Positions 1-8,455 of a stretch of DNA of 64,000 nucleotides are shown in pieces. The number at the start of each line of letters is the position of its first letter. Position 1 is the stretch's first letter. This stretch comes from Clostridiaceae bacterium (lineage in GTDB: Bacteria > Bacillota > Clostridia > Saccharofermentanales > DTU023). The translations under genes were made by a program, and so were the position numbers. The stretch is taken from contig JAAYRL010000029.1 of the NCBI GenBank assembly GCA_012518795.1, forward strand, positions 20,607-84,606, in the 5' to 3' direction. The notes under the pieces are model-generated. The model searched no databases and was not told the DNA's origin. It saw only the letters and a list, made by a program, of their open reading frames with translations.

Positions 1-1
1 A

Positions 2-2641
2 ATTGCCCAAAGAGGTTCTTGGGAAATCAGATATGAAAGAGTAAACCCGGAGCAAGCTGCCTCAATGCTTGAATCACCTGATATCAAGAAATATGTTTCA
101 AGTCAGGAAATCGGTTATGCCAAGATAGAAAGCGAGAATCCATATAAGCCGTATCTTTATATCATGGGTGTCAGCTCTGACTTTACGGATATCGTTCCGT
201 TGTATTTAACTGAAGGTAAAATGCCTAGTGAGCCGAATGAAATTATTTTACCGCAACATTTTTTAGACAGCAGGCTAGAAAAATTTGAAATTGGCGATCA
301 GTTAAATCTGGAGGTAGGAAAACGATTTTTGCTCGACGATAGATTGGATTATACAGGTAATGCAGGTAGTGAAATTGTAAACGAAGAACCAGTAGATTAC
401 TCACAAGAATTATCCCAGGATGATTCGTATTTTTTAGATGAAGAAAACCCGACTGAAGAATTAAGAGATACAGAAAGCAAAACTTATACAATAACCGGAT
501 TTTTTAAACGCTACGGTTTAGAAAATTATAGTGCACCGGGTTATACCGCGATAACGGCAATCGATCAAACTGCTGAATCTAATTTAAATAGCTATTATCT
601 GGAATTTAATAATCCAAAACAAGTTTTTGAGTTTCAGAAAAAATATCCGGTTGAAGGAACTTCTGAAGTACATAATGAATTATTAAGATATTATGGGCTT
701 AGCAGAAATGATAATTTTAATGCCACGCTTTTATCTTTAACCATTATTTTCTTAGCAATGATTCTAATCAGTTCGATTGTATTAATTAACAATGCCTTTA
801 CCATTTCTTTAGCTGAAAGAACCAAACAGTTCGGCTTATTATCCTCGATCGGTGCCAGTAAAAAACAATTGAGGCGGACAGTTTTAACTGAAGCAATGAT
901 GATTAGTTTAATCGGTATTCCGTTAGGTATATTAGGTGGATTGTTAGGTATAAAGCTAACATTGATGGTAGTTAGCGGGCTTATAAAAGACATGATTACA
1001 TCTTCAGTTGTTTCTAATGTTGGTTTAGAGCTGATAATATCAAGTAAAGCTATTATAGCGTCAGTGATAATTGCTTTATTTACAGTTTTGATTTCGGCTT
1101 GGATTCCGGCAAAACGCGCTTCACGTATCACGGTAATGGATACTATCCGTCAAACTCAAGATATAGTTGCTAAACCGGTAAAAGTTTCAAAAGTAACTTA
1201 CAAATTGTTCGGCTTGCCGGGCTATTTAGCTACCAAGTATTTCAAGCGCAGCCGAAAAAAATATCGTTCAACGATTATCAGTTTGAGCTTGAGTATTTTG
1301 CTGTTCATTTCAGCTTATACTTTCACTTCAATGATGACAGATTCGATTGAAAATATTTATTCAACTAAAGTTTCGGATTTGGAATATTATTGCAGGCCGG
1401 AAGCAGAAGATGATAGTGAAATTATAGTAGAGTTAAATACAATGCATAATCGAATCAAGGATTTAGATCATGTAACCTCGGTTAATTATACTGCCTCATT
1501 GATGCAAAATTATGTGGTGAATAAGGATAATTTAACATCTGAATATATCGAATATATACTTCAGGATCCGAATACAATGTATTATTTATACCAAATCAAG
1601 GATGGTCAACAAGAAAAATATTTGCTTTCTATTAATACCGTGTTTATAGAAGATGACATTTTTGCTGAGATGTTAGAACAGTTTAATATAGATTTGACTG
1701 AATATTTGAGTTCAACTGAATTGTTGCCGATTGTTAAAAACAATGCTTTTATATTTGATATGGCAGCTAGAAAGTATGTCACGTACGATGTCTTTAACAC
1801 AAGTAAAAAAAGTAAAATTGAAATTGAACTCGTGAATTTGCAAGATATTCCGGATAAATATTTGAGTGAAGTTATTAGCGATGAAGACTCCACAGCTGAT
1901 TCTATATTTGTTTTTAGAAATTATGCTGAAGATACAATACAAGAAGTACCTTTATCAGAAGCTTTTGAGTCAAAACAAATGATTGAAGCGGAATATTTTA
2001 CAGATAAAATGCCGAGTTTTCTCGATAATAGATCCGATATAACGCTGCTTTTCCCAATCAGTAAAATGGCCGATTTAGCAGTAGATTCGAGTTTATTCAG
2101 TATCAGTTTTCATATCAATTCAGATAATCATCAACTGACGGAAAATGCTTTAGCCCAATATAATGCTGAATTGGCAAATAGAGGTGACTATGTAAATCAT
2201 GTTGCATATCGTCAAAATAATAAGAATTTAGTAACGATAGTAAATATATTCTGTTACGGTTTTATCGTTTTGATTTCATTAATTGCTTTGACTAATGTGT
2301 TTAATACGATAACGACCAATATCAATTTGAGAACACGGGATTTCGCAATGTTGAAAAGTGTCGGCATGTCAAATAAAGGCATCCGTAAAATGATGATTTA
2401 TGAATGTCTGCTATATGGAACAAGATCACTACTGTGGGGGTTACCACTGTCACTCGGAGTTTCTTATTTGATTTACCGGGCAATTGATCGCAGTGTAGAA
2501 CAATCCTATACGATACCGTGGATAGCAATAGCAATCGTCTGTATTTCAGTGTTCCTGTTTGTTGCAATCAGCATGATTTATGCCTTACGCCAATTCAACA
2601 AAAAGAACATTCTCGAATCTTTAAAAAATGAAAACGATTGA
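2..2641 (+). CDS. FtsX-family ABC transporter permease, large double-FtsX-domain type; 5' end runs off the window
   Basis: The frame is open from nt 2 into the listed ATG at 65 (IAQRGSWEIRYERVNPEQAAS precedes MLESPD), so the gene is truncated by the window edge. Two FtsX signature blocks are present (ERTKQFGLLSSIGASKKQL and RTRDFAMLKSVGMSNKGI). Each sits in a cluster of hydrophobic helices, and a large soluble domain separates the two. Confidence 0.75.
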   Translation: MAQRGSWEIRYERVNPEQAASMLESPDIKKYVSSQEIGYAKIESENPYKPYLYIMGVSSDFTDIVPLYLTEGKMPSEPNEIILPQHFLDSRLEKFEIGDQLNLEVGKRFLLDDRLDYTGNAGSEIVNEEPVDYSQELSQDDSYFLDEENPTEELRDTESKTYTITGFFKRYGLENYSAPGYTAITAIDQTAESNLNSYYLEFNNPKQVFEFQKKYPVEGTSEVHNELLRYYGLSRNDNFNATLLSLTIIFLAMILISSIVLINNAFTISLAERTKQFGLLSSIGASKKQLRRTVLTEAMMISLIGIPLGILGGLLGIKLTLMVVSGLIKDMITSSVVSNVGLELIISSKAIIASVIIALFTVLISAWIPAKRASRITVMDTIRQTQDIVAKPVKVSKVTYKLFGLPGYLATKYFKRSRKKYRSTIISLSLSILLFISAYTFTSMMTDSIENIYSTKVSDLEYYCRPEAEDDSEIIVELNTMHNRIKDLDHVTSVNYTASLMQNYVVNKDNLTSEYIEYILQDPNTMYYLYQIKDGQQEKYLLSINTVFIEDDIFAEMLEQFNIDLTEYLSSTELLPIVKNNAFIFDMAARKYVTYDVFNTSKKSKIEIELVNLQDIPDKYLSEVISDEDSTADSIFVFRNYAEDTIQEVPLSEAFESKQMIEAEYFTDKMPSFLDNRSDITLLFPISKMADLAVDSSLFSISFHINSDNHQLTENALAQYNAELANRGDYVNHVAYRQNNKNLVTIVNIFCYGFIVLISLIALTNVFNTITTNINLRTRDFAMLKSVGMSNKGIRKMMIYECLLYGTRSLLWGLPLSLGVSYLIYRAIDRSVEQSYTIPWIAIAIVCISVFLFVAISMIYALRQFNKKNILESLKNEND

Positions 2642-2659
2642 TAATTTGAAAGTATTAAT

Positions 2660-2992
2660 GTGCACACTTTTTAAGCTTAGGCGACAATCTGACGGTTCAA
2701 CCTTAAATAGTGTGCAGGTTCTTTAATAAAACCGGTTTTTTCGGGCCATATGTGCACACTTTTTAAGCTTAGACTGCAATCTGACGGTTCAACCTTAAAT
2801 AGTGTGCAGGTTCTTTAATAAAACCGGTTTTTTCGGGCCATATGTGCACACTTTTTAAGGTTAGACTGGATTTCTCCGGTATAGGCTTAAATAGTGTGCA
2901 TGCCCTTTAATAAAACCGACTTTTCTGAGTCAAATGTGCACACTTTTTAAGCTTAGGCGGTAATCTGACGGTTCAACCTTAAATAGTGTGCA
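2660..2992 (+). repeat. Array A: 4 tandem copies (92-bp period) of a ~57-nt hairpin element with arms GTGCACACTTTTTAAG / CTTAAATAGTGTGCA
   Basis: GTGCACAC starts at 2660, 2752, 2844 and 2936, an exact 92-bp spacing. The arms are invariant and the 26-nt interiors differ between copies. The 35-nt linkers (ggttctttaataaaaccggttttttcgggccatat) are repeated. The array fills the gap between convergent genes. Confidence 0.9.
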
Positions 2993-3012
2993 TACCCTTT
3001 CTCTTGATAATT

Positions 3013-4245
3013 CTAATAATCAACTTCAAACTCTGTAGGTAAGGGATTATCATGCATATATTTGAATACGCCGCAAATTATTTGAGCGGCTTCTTCGATT
3101 AAAGCATCGTCTTGAGTAGCAGTATAGCTTGTTCTTAACAAACATTTGCCATCGGCAACTGCCGGCGGTAATACCGGATTAACATAAACTCCTGCTTCAA
3201 GCAGTAGTTTTGCTGCATACAGAGTTTGAGCTACAGTTCCTGTTATTAATGGAATAATTGGAATAATATCGTTATTACTGTCATGTACTTCAACATAGGG
3301 ACATTCTTTCAGCAATGCTCGCATTTTTGCTGTGATTTGGTGAATACGTGTAACTCTTTCCGGTTCAGAACGCAAGATACGCAAAGCTTCATGAGCTGCC
3401 GCAACCTGTCCGGGAGGAATTGAAGCACTGAAAATAAACGGTCTGGCAATATGTTTAATATAATTGATTACTCTTTCTTCGCCGGCAATACATCCACCGA
3501 GTGAAGCATAGCTTTTGGAGAAAGTATTCATGATTAAATCGACTTCATCTTCTAAGTCGAAATATTCAGCCGTACCACGGCCGTGTTTGCCCAAAACACC
3601 GAGTCCGTGGGCATCATCAACCATGATTCTGGCTTTGTATTTTTTAGCTAATTCGACTATCTTTGGAAGATTGCAAATTTCACCTTCCATACTAAATACT
3701 CCGTCAGTAACAATTAAAATACCACCGGATGTTGCTTTCTCAGAACAGCGAATCAATAATTTTTCTAAAGCATCCATATCGTTATGGGCATATTTGTAGG
3801 TTTTCGCAAAACTTAATCTAGTCCCATCAACGATACTGGCATGATTCAAGTCATCTGAGAGAATGAAATCATTCCTACCGGCAAGTGCAGAAATAACAGA
3901 AAGATTGGTTTGAAAACCGGTAGAAAAACTTAAACATGCCTCTTTCTGCAAGAATTCAGCTTGTTCACGTTCTAAATCACCATGCAATTTTAAAGTGCCG
4001 TTTAAAAATCTTGAACCTGAACAACCGCTGCCATAATGCTCAATGGCATCTTGAGCGGCTTTTTTTACGCGAGGATCGCCGGTTAAACCTAAATAATTGT
4101 TTGATCCCAGCATGATGGTCCGACGACCATCCATTTCCACTATATTATCTTGTTGGGTTGTTAATTCATGGAAATAGGGATAAACACCCATTTCTTTTGC
4201 TTGATCGACGACATAATAGTCATAACATTTTTGAAAAATATCCAT
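3013..4245 (-). CDS. PLP-dependent alpha-oxoamine synthase, serine palmitoyltransferase-like
   Basis: 410 aa. Motifs GSGCSGSRFLNGT, NHASIVDG, DDAHGLG and TFSKS (PLP lysine). By eye, end-to-end similarity is closer to bacterial Spt (Sphingomonas/Sphingobacterium/Bacteroides type) than to BioF or Kbl. SD-like gagg lies upstream of the ATG. Confidence 0.7.
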   Translation of the reverse strand: MDIFQKCYDYYVVDQAKEMGVYPYFHELTTQQDNIVEMDGRRTIMLGSNNYLGLTGDPRVKKAAQDAIEHYGSGCSGSRFLNGTLKLHGDLEREQAEFLQKEACLSFSTGFQTNLSVISALAGRNDFILSDDLNHASIVDGTRLSFAKTYKYAHNDMDALEKLLIRCSEKATSGGILIVTDGVFSMEGEICNLPKIVELAKKYKARIMVDDAHGLGVLGKHGRGTAEYFDLEDEVDLIMNTFSKSYASLGGCIAGEERVINYIKHIARPFIFSASIPPGQVAAAHEALRILRSEPERVTRIHQITAKMRALLKECPYVEVHDSNNDIIPIIPLITGTVAQTLYAAKLLLEAGVYVNPVLPPAVADGKCLLRTSYTATQDDALIEEAAQIICGVFKYMHDNPLPTEFEVDY

Positions 4246-4361
4246 TTACAAACCTCATTTACTTACTTAATATACTGTTTATTGTTGTCCGTTCCATTAA
4301 GACGATTTTTTGTTGTTAAGTATGTATTCTGTATTATACATTTTTTTTGCGAATGTTTGCT

Positions 4362-5219
4362 TTACGAAGCATACATTTTATATAAAATATAGTTTATCAA
4401 TCTGATTGGTAAAAATTTCGCAATGACTAATGCAGCACGATAGAAGAAACCGAAACTTTGGATCGGTTTAGGCCTGCGTTTTTGGGTTGTAAGTTTAACA
4501 ATACGTTTGGCCAAAGGTTCAATAGGATTCCCGGTTTTTTCATCTTTTTCCATTTTGGCGACTGAATTATAAGGAATTTTACCATAGATATTTAAGCATT
4601 CCTCGGATTCTTCCGATTTAATTCTTTTATCGGTAAAATCGGTTTTGGTATCACCCGGCATCAAAGCTACAGCTTGAATATTGAAAGATCGCAGTTCGTT
4701 ATTCAAAGTTAATACCAATTGGTTAATTGATGCTTTAGTACAGGTATAAAAACTCTGATATGGAATAGGCATCACTGCAGCTACTGATGAAACACAGAGA
4801 ATTCTGCCGCCACCGCTTTGACGTAAATATGGAACAGTTGCTTGAATCATATTAACAGTACCGAAAAAATTGACATCAAATTGCTGCTTAATATCTTCAG
4901 TAGGAGTGAGTTCGATCGGTCCGGATATACCGAAACCTGCATTGCAAATCACAATATTAAGTTGACCACATTCTGCAATAATTTGTCCAACTGCATTTTT
5001 GACGTCAGAAAGTCGAGTAACGTCACCTTTGATATGAGTTACTCCCGGTTGCAAAATTTCACGACGGCTTAATTCGTAGACTCGATAACCATCTTGAGCA
5101 AATAATTTTGCTGTGGTAAATCCGATACCGCCGGAGCCGCCACTGATAAAAACTACAGGTTGCTTATCATTCTTTCGGCTAACTGTACCGGAATTTAAAT
5201 TATCAGATTCTGTTTTCAT
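4362..5219 (-). CDS. Short-chain dehydrogenase/reductase (SDR) with hydrophobic C-terminal tail; candidate 3-keto-sphingoid-base reductase
   Basis: 285 aa. Cofactor site ISGGSGGIGFTTA, NAG motif (CNAG) and catalytic YTCTK. The C-terminal ~35 aa (FGFFYRAALVIAKFLPIRLINYILYKMY) is hydrophobic/amphipathic. The gene lies directly upstream of the Spt-like gene on the same strand. The family call is solid; the substrate is inference. Confidence 0.75.
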   Translation of the reverse strand: MKTESDNLNSGTVSRKNDKQPVVFISGGSGGIGFTTAKLFAQDGYRVYELSRREILQPGVTHIKGDVTRLSDVKNAVGQIIAECGQLNIVICNAGFGISGPIELTPTEDIKQQFDVNFFGTVNMIQATVPYLRQSGGGRILCVSSVAAVMPIPYQSFYTCTKASINQLVLTLNNELRSFNIQAVALMPGDTKTDFTDKRIKSEESEECLNIYGKIPYNSVAKMEKDEKTGNPIEPLAKRIVKLTTQKRRPKPIQSFGFFYRAALVIAKFLPIRLINYILYKMYAS

Positions 5220-5461
5220 ACGTCTTCCTTAAAAAATTAAATAATGAATTATCCTGAAAAATCATTAATTATTAGAAATTGTTGTTCAGGCAAATTATTA
5301 TTAAAAAGTCAATATTATTATAGGCGAAACATGATTGACTTATGTACAAATAGTATAAAATTAAACAAAATATAAGAAAATTCAAATCAGTTCTAATGAT
5401 TAGTAGATCATTTGTCAATAAGTCGTATTTCTAATTATATTTATGCAGATTGTTTTATTAA

Positions 5462-6865
5462 TTAATCTTTCAAATCGGCAATTTCGCCGAGATCGGGCAG
5501 CCAAACGTCAGAACCATCAATAAAAACATCGAGATTATCTTCTCTGGCAGCGGTTTGACCTGCAATAGTGCCAGGAATAGTGCCATCCAATTGACCACGG
5601 ATACTTTCGGCACGCAAAAGACAGAAATCACAAAATGTTTGAACACCGATTTTAAAATCTTCAAAAGAACAAAAAGCGGTTGGATCCTTTTGAACATAAG
5701 GGGAGATCAAGGCAATTGTTTCAGTAACTTTCAATGAGAAATAATCTGATTCGAAATATTCACGAATCAAATAATCAAAATTTTCTTTATATTGGGCAAA
5801 ATAATCCGGATTTTTCATCAGATTATGATACAGAGGACGTTTGAACATAATTTCTCCAGAAGCGGGCGTAAAAATCGGATGATTGATATAGAGTTCGGCA
5901 TCGTTGATTGGTTCCGGCATACCGAGCGAATAAGTTCCGAATGCCAGATTATAATCCCACGGCAGCATGCTGATAATTCCGTTTTCTTCATAGAGAAAAT
6001 AGTTATGTGCGTTTTTACCTAAATAACCATCAAGATTTACAACAAAAACCTGTACCGGAAAGAATTTTAAGACAGAATTAACGTTTACCGCATCTGTTAT
6101 ATTTTCTCCGGTAGATAAAACCTGCAAAGCTCGGATTAACCTTTTTTTATCCTGTTCAGTCGGATTAAATTTTGCTTTGCGGAAAATATTATCATAACTT
6201 TCCGGATTGTCGTCAATATACCTTAACGCAACATCTGCATTTTCAGCATCGATATTTTTGTAGGCCGGCTTATAGAGCTGACCATGATTAACACCGAAAT
6301 TTCTTCTGGCAAAACCTTGTTCCGGTTCTTCAATTGCCAGATAAAGTCCCCAAGCCTGATCATTAATTGTTAGCCAAACATAGCTGGTCAGAGGAGAAGG
6401 AACATCCATAAATGCCATCATGTCATAGGTAATATAAGATTTTAAATAACTGTTATCCTGAAATGAAGAATCTAGGGAGAATTTGTCTAAACCGTAATAA
6501 CTGTTGGTTACATAATGGTCAAATTCGATTTTGAAACTATAGCGTTCGGAGCCATATCTATGTGTTAGACGTAAAGAATTATTGCCTTTTGTTCTAAAAC
6601 CGACATTCTCGAAATACTCACCGTCGATTTCAATATCCGCAAGTTTATATAACTCTGCTCGCGGATCGGCAAGAATTTCATCCCATTGTTCACAGTAAAT
6701 GTTTATATTATGAACACGACTATCATCAAACAAGCGATGCTCATAGCCGGGATTTAGTCCGGCAGGAAGAATCCCCAAATTTCCGTTCATGAATAAAATG
6801 GTAAAGAGGGAAGCAACAATTAGAATTGTAATGATTATTTTGTCGATATGTTTATGTTTTAACAT
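5462..6865 (-). CDS. CotH-family protein (atypical kinase fold), N-terminal membrane anchor or signal
   Basis: 467 aa. An N-terminal hydrophobic helix (IIITILIVASLFTILFM) is followed by CotH-like blocks (FRTKGNNSL, YSFKIEFD, GLDKFSLDS, GQLYKP, NYFLYEENG..LPWDYNLAFG). Confidence 0.75.
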   Translation of the reverse strand: MLKHKHIDKIIITILIVASLFTILFMNGNLGILPAGLNPGYEHRLFDDSRVHNINIYCEQWDEILADPRAELYKLADIEIDGEYFENVGFRTKGNNSLRLTHRYGSERYSFKIEFDHYVTNSYYGLDKFSLDSSFQDNSYLKSYITYDMMAFMDVPSPLTSYVWLTINDQAWGLYLAIEEPEQGFARRNFGVNHGQLYKPAYKNIDAENADVALRYIDDNPESYDNIFRKAKFNPTEQDKKRLIRALQVLSTGENITDAVNVNSVLKFFPVQVFVVNLDGYLGKNAHNYFLYEENGIISMLPWDYNLAFGTYSLGMPEPINDAELYINHPIFTPASGEIMFKRPLYHNLMKNPDYFAQYKENFDYLIREYFESDYFSLKVTETIALISPYVQKDPTAFCSFEDFKIGVQTFCDFCLLRAESIRGQLDGTIPGTIAGQTAAREDNLDVFIDGSDVWLPDLGEIADLKD

Positions 6866-6942
6866 TTTAATTCAGATAATCAATTTATTTTGATTTTCAC
6901 AAATTATGTTGTGCAGGCATATGTAATATTGTTTCAGCTGAA

Positions 6943-7626
6943 TTAACTCATATAATCGCCGTTGTAGGAAACCATCACAGTGTGATTGACACCTTTAATC
7001 GCAGCCAATTCATTAATAAATGAACTGTCGGCTGATTTCAATCTGACCTCATAATTCAGTTCAATCTGTTCGGGCATAATTGTTTTACTCTTAAGTGAAT
7101 AACGCTTGACCGAATTGATGATATGGCTGAGAATTTCTTTTTCAACATCTTCATCAATGCAATGTACAACTAGTATATAAGGTTGTTCATGAGTTTTTGT
7201 ATTGGCAAAAATCAGCATTATTATTCCAATGAAAAAACTGCCGAACAAGGCAAGAGGAATTAAGCCTGCAGCTAGTACGATACCGACGGCAATGCTCCAA
7301 AATAAAAAAGCAATGTCGGATGGTTCTTTGATTGCAGTTCTGAAACGCACGATTGAAAGCGCACCGACCATACCGAGTGATAGAACAATATTACTGGTTA
7401 CTGCCAAAATCAAGAGTGCGGTAATCATGCTGAGAGCGATCAAAGTGATTCCAAAGCTGGCAGAATACATTACTCCTGAATATGTTTTTTTATAAATAAA
7501 AAAGATAAATATGCCGAGTACAAATGAGAGTAGCAATGTAATCAACATATCCATGAGCGGAACTGCGTTGATATTTTCTAAAAAACTTGATTTGAAAATG
7601 TCCTGAAAGGTTATGGTCATATACAT
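6943..7626 (-). CDS. DUF4956-type integral membrane protein
   Basis: 227 aa with about 4-5 TM helices. It has the block LSLGMVGALSIVRFRTAIKEPSDIAFLFWSIAVGI that I associate with DUF4956, and a soluble C-terminal domain. A good SD (aggaga) lies 8 nt upstream of the start. Confidence 0.65.
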   Translation of the reverse strand: MYMTITFQDIFKSSFLENINAVPLMDMLITLLLSFVLGIFIFFIYKKTYSGVMYSASFGITLIALSMITALLILAVTSNIVLSLGMVGALSIVRFRTAIKEPSDIAFLFWSIAVGIVLAAGLIPLALFGSFFIGIIMLIFANTKTHEQPYILVVHCIDEDVEKEILSHIINSVKRYSLKSKTIMPEQIELNYEVRLKSADSSFINELAAIKGVNHTVMVSYNGDYMS

Positions 7627-7653
7627 GAATTTGATCTCCTGTTATTTAATTTG

Positions 7654-8346
7654 TTAATCGTATTTTCTACACATAGAATATTTGGAATAAGCCGTAAGCG
7701 GACGATTGTTCAAGCAGATTGCCATCTTAACGATATCCGGTAAAAATTCATCATATTTTACTTCTAATACTGCAAGTCCATCTGAAATATCAATGTGCTT
7801 ATTTAATTGTAAGAAATTATCGGTTTTGGTCGTTGTCCTTAAGTTTCGATCTATTGTAATTCGTACATTGCCGGGGTGATAAATAAATGCCTCTCGGTCA
7901 TATGTCACGATAGTTTTCGGTTTTAATAATTGTCCTTTTAATTTTGAATAAAATTCAATTGCTAAGGCATCGTTTTTTTGTAAAAGAAAATCAATTTCCG
8001 CATTGAGAATTTGCTGAACTTCGGTTTGAGTCAACGGTACAGTTTGTTTTGCACATTTTCCGTTAATTTTTATTTTGCGTTCTAAACGGATAAAAGAAAA
8101 ATCGTTGTTATAATAGCGAATGCGGAATTTCTCTCGCTGATTGGTTCCTGATATGTTTTGGCTTAAAGCTTTATCATAAGGGGTATCAAAATATAAACTA
8201 CTCACACGGTAGTTACCGTGTGAGTCGGAATGTTTATCATGCCGGAAAAAATTTTTCAGTGTTCGACTTAGTATGAAACCGTCTGCATGATTAATATTAT
8301 ATTTTTTTTCATTACGTAATTTTAACGTTTCTTTTTTCTTAATCAT
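7654..8346 (-). CDS. VTC-domain (polyphosphate polymerase-like, CYTH-like tunnel fold) protein
   Basis: 230 aa and soluble. VTC-type landmarks: RNEKKY near the N-terminus, SSLYFDTP, FRIRYY, LERKIK and VLEVKYD. It sits in the usual VTC-DUF4956-CotH gene order. Confidence 0.65.
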   Translation of the reverse strand: MIKKKETLKLRNEKKYNINHADGFILSRTLKNFFRHDKHSDSHGNYRVSSLYFDTPYDKALSQNISGTNQREKFRIRYYNNDFSFIRLERKIKINGKCAKQTVPLTQTEVQQILNAEIDFLLQKNDALAIEFYSKLKGQLLKPKTIVTYDREAFIYHPGNVRITIDRNLRTTTKTDNFLQLNKHIDISDGLAVLEVKYDEFLPDIVKMAICLNNRPLTAYSKYSMCRKYD

Positions 8347-8455
8347 TTAAAAATATTTCCGGATGATTCAAAATAGTTTTTGTTTTATTTGTTCTTAGAT
8401 CAGTTTTAATTTAGATTTTTTCAGATAGTGATTATTAATTAGTGATTATATAATC

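Noticed and set aside
243-2567. Listed antisense or alternate-frame ORFs inside the first permease gene (243-491, 691-1131, 1606-1893, 1712-1942, 2322-2567)
   Set aside because: They lie entirely inside a long, motif-supported CDS on the other strand. Their composition is low-complexity and hydrophobic, typical of AT-rich antisense frames. The same reasoning applies to the many other 60-150-aa ORFs nested in annotated genes across the window (for example 3515-3799, 7202-7495, 34786-35241, 47851-48219, 56795-57148, 58818-59219).
2660-2992. The hairpin arrays as a CRISPR array
   Set aside because: The 26-nt variable interiors are related to each other rather than unique. They are enclosed by inverted rather than direct repeat arms. 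The linkers are themselves repeated. No cas genes or leader are present in the window.
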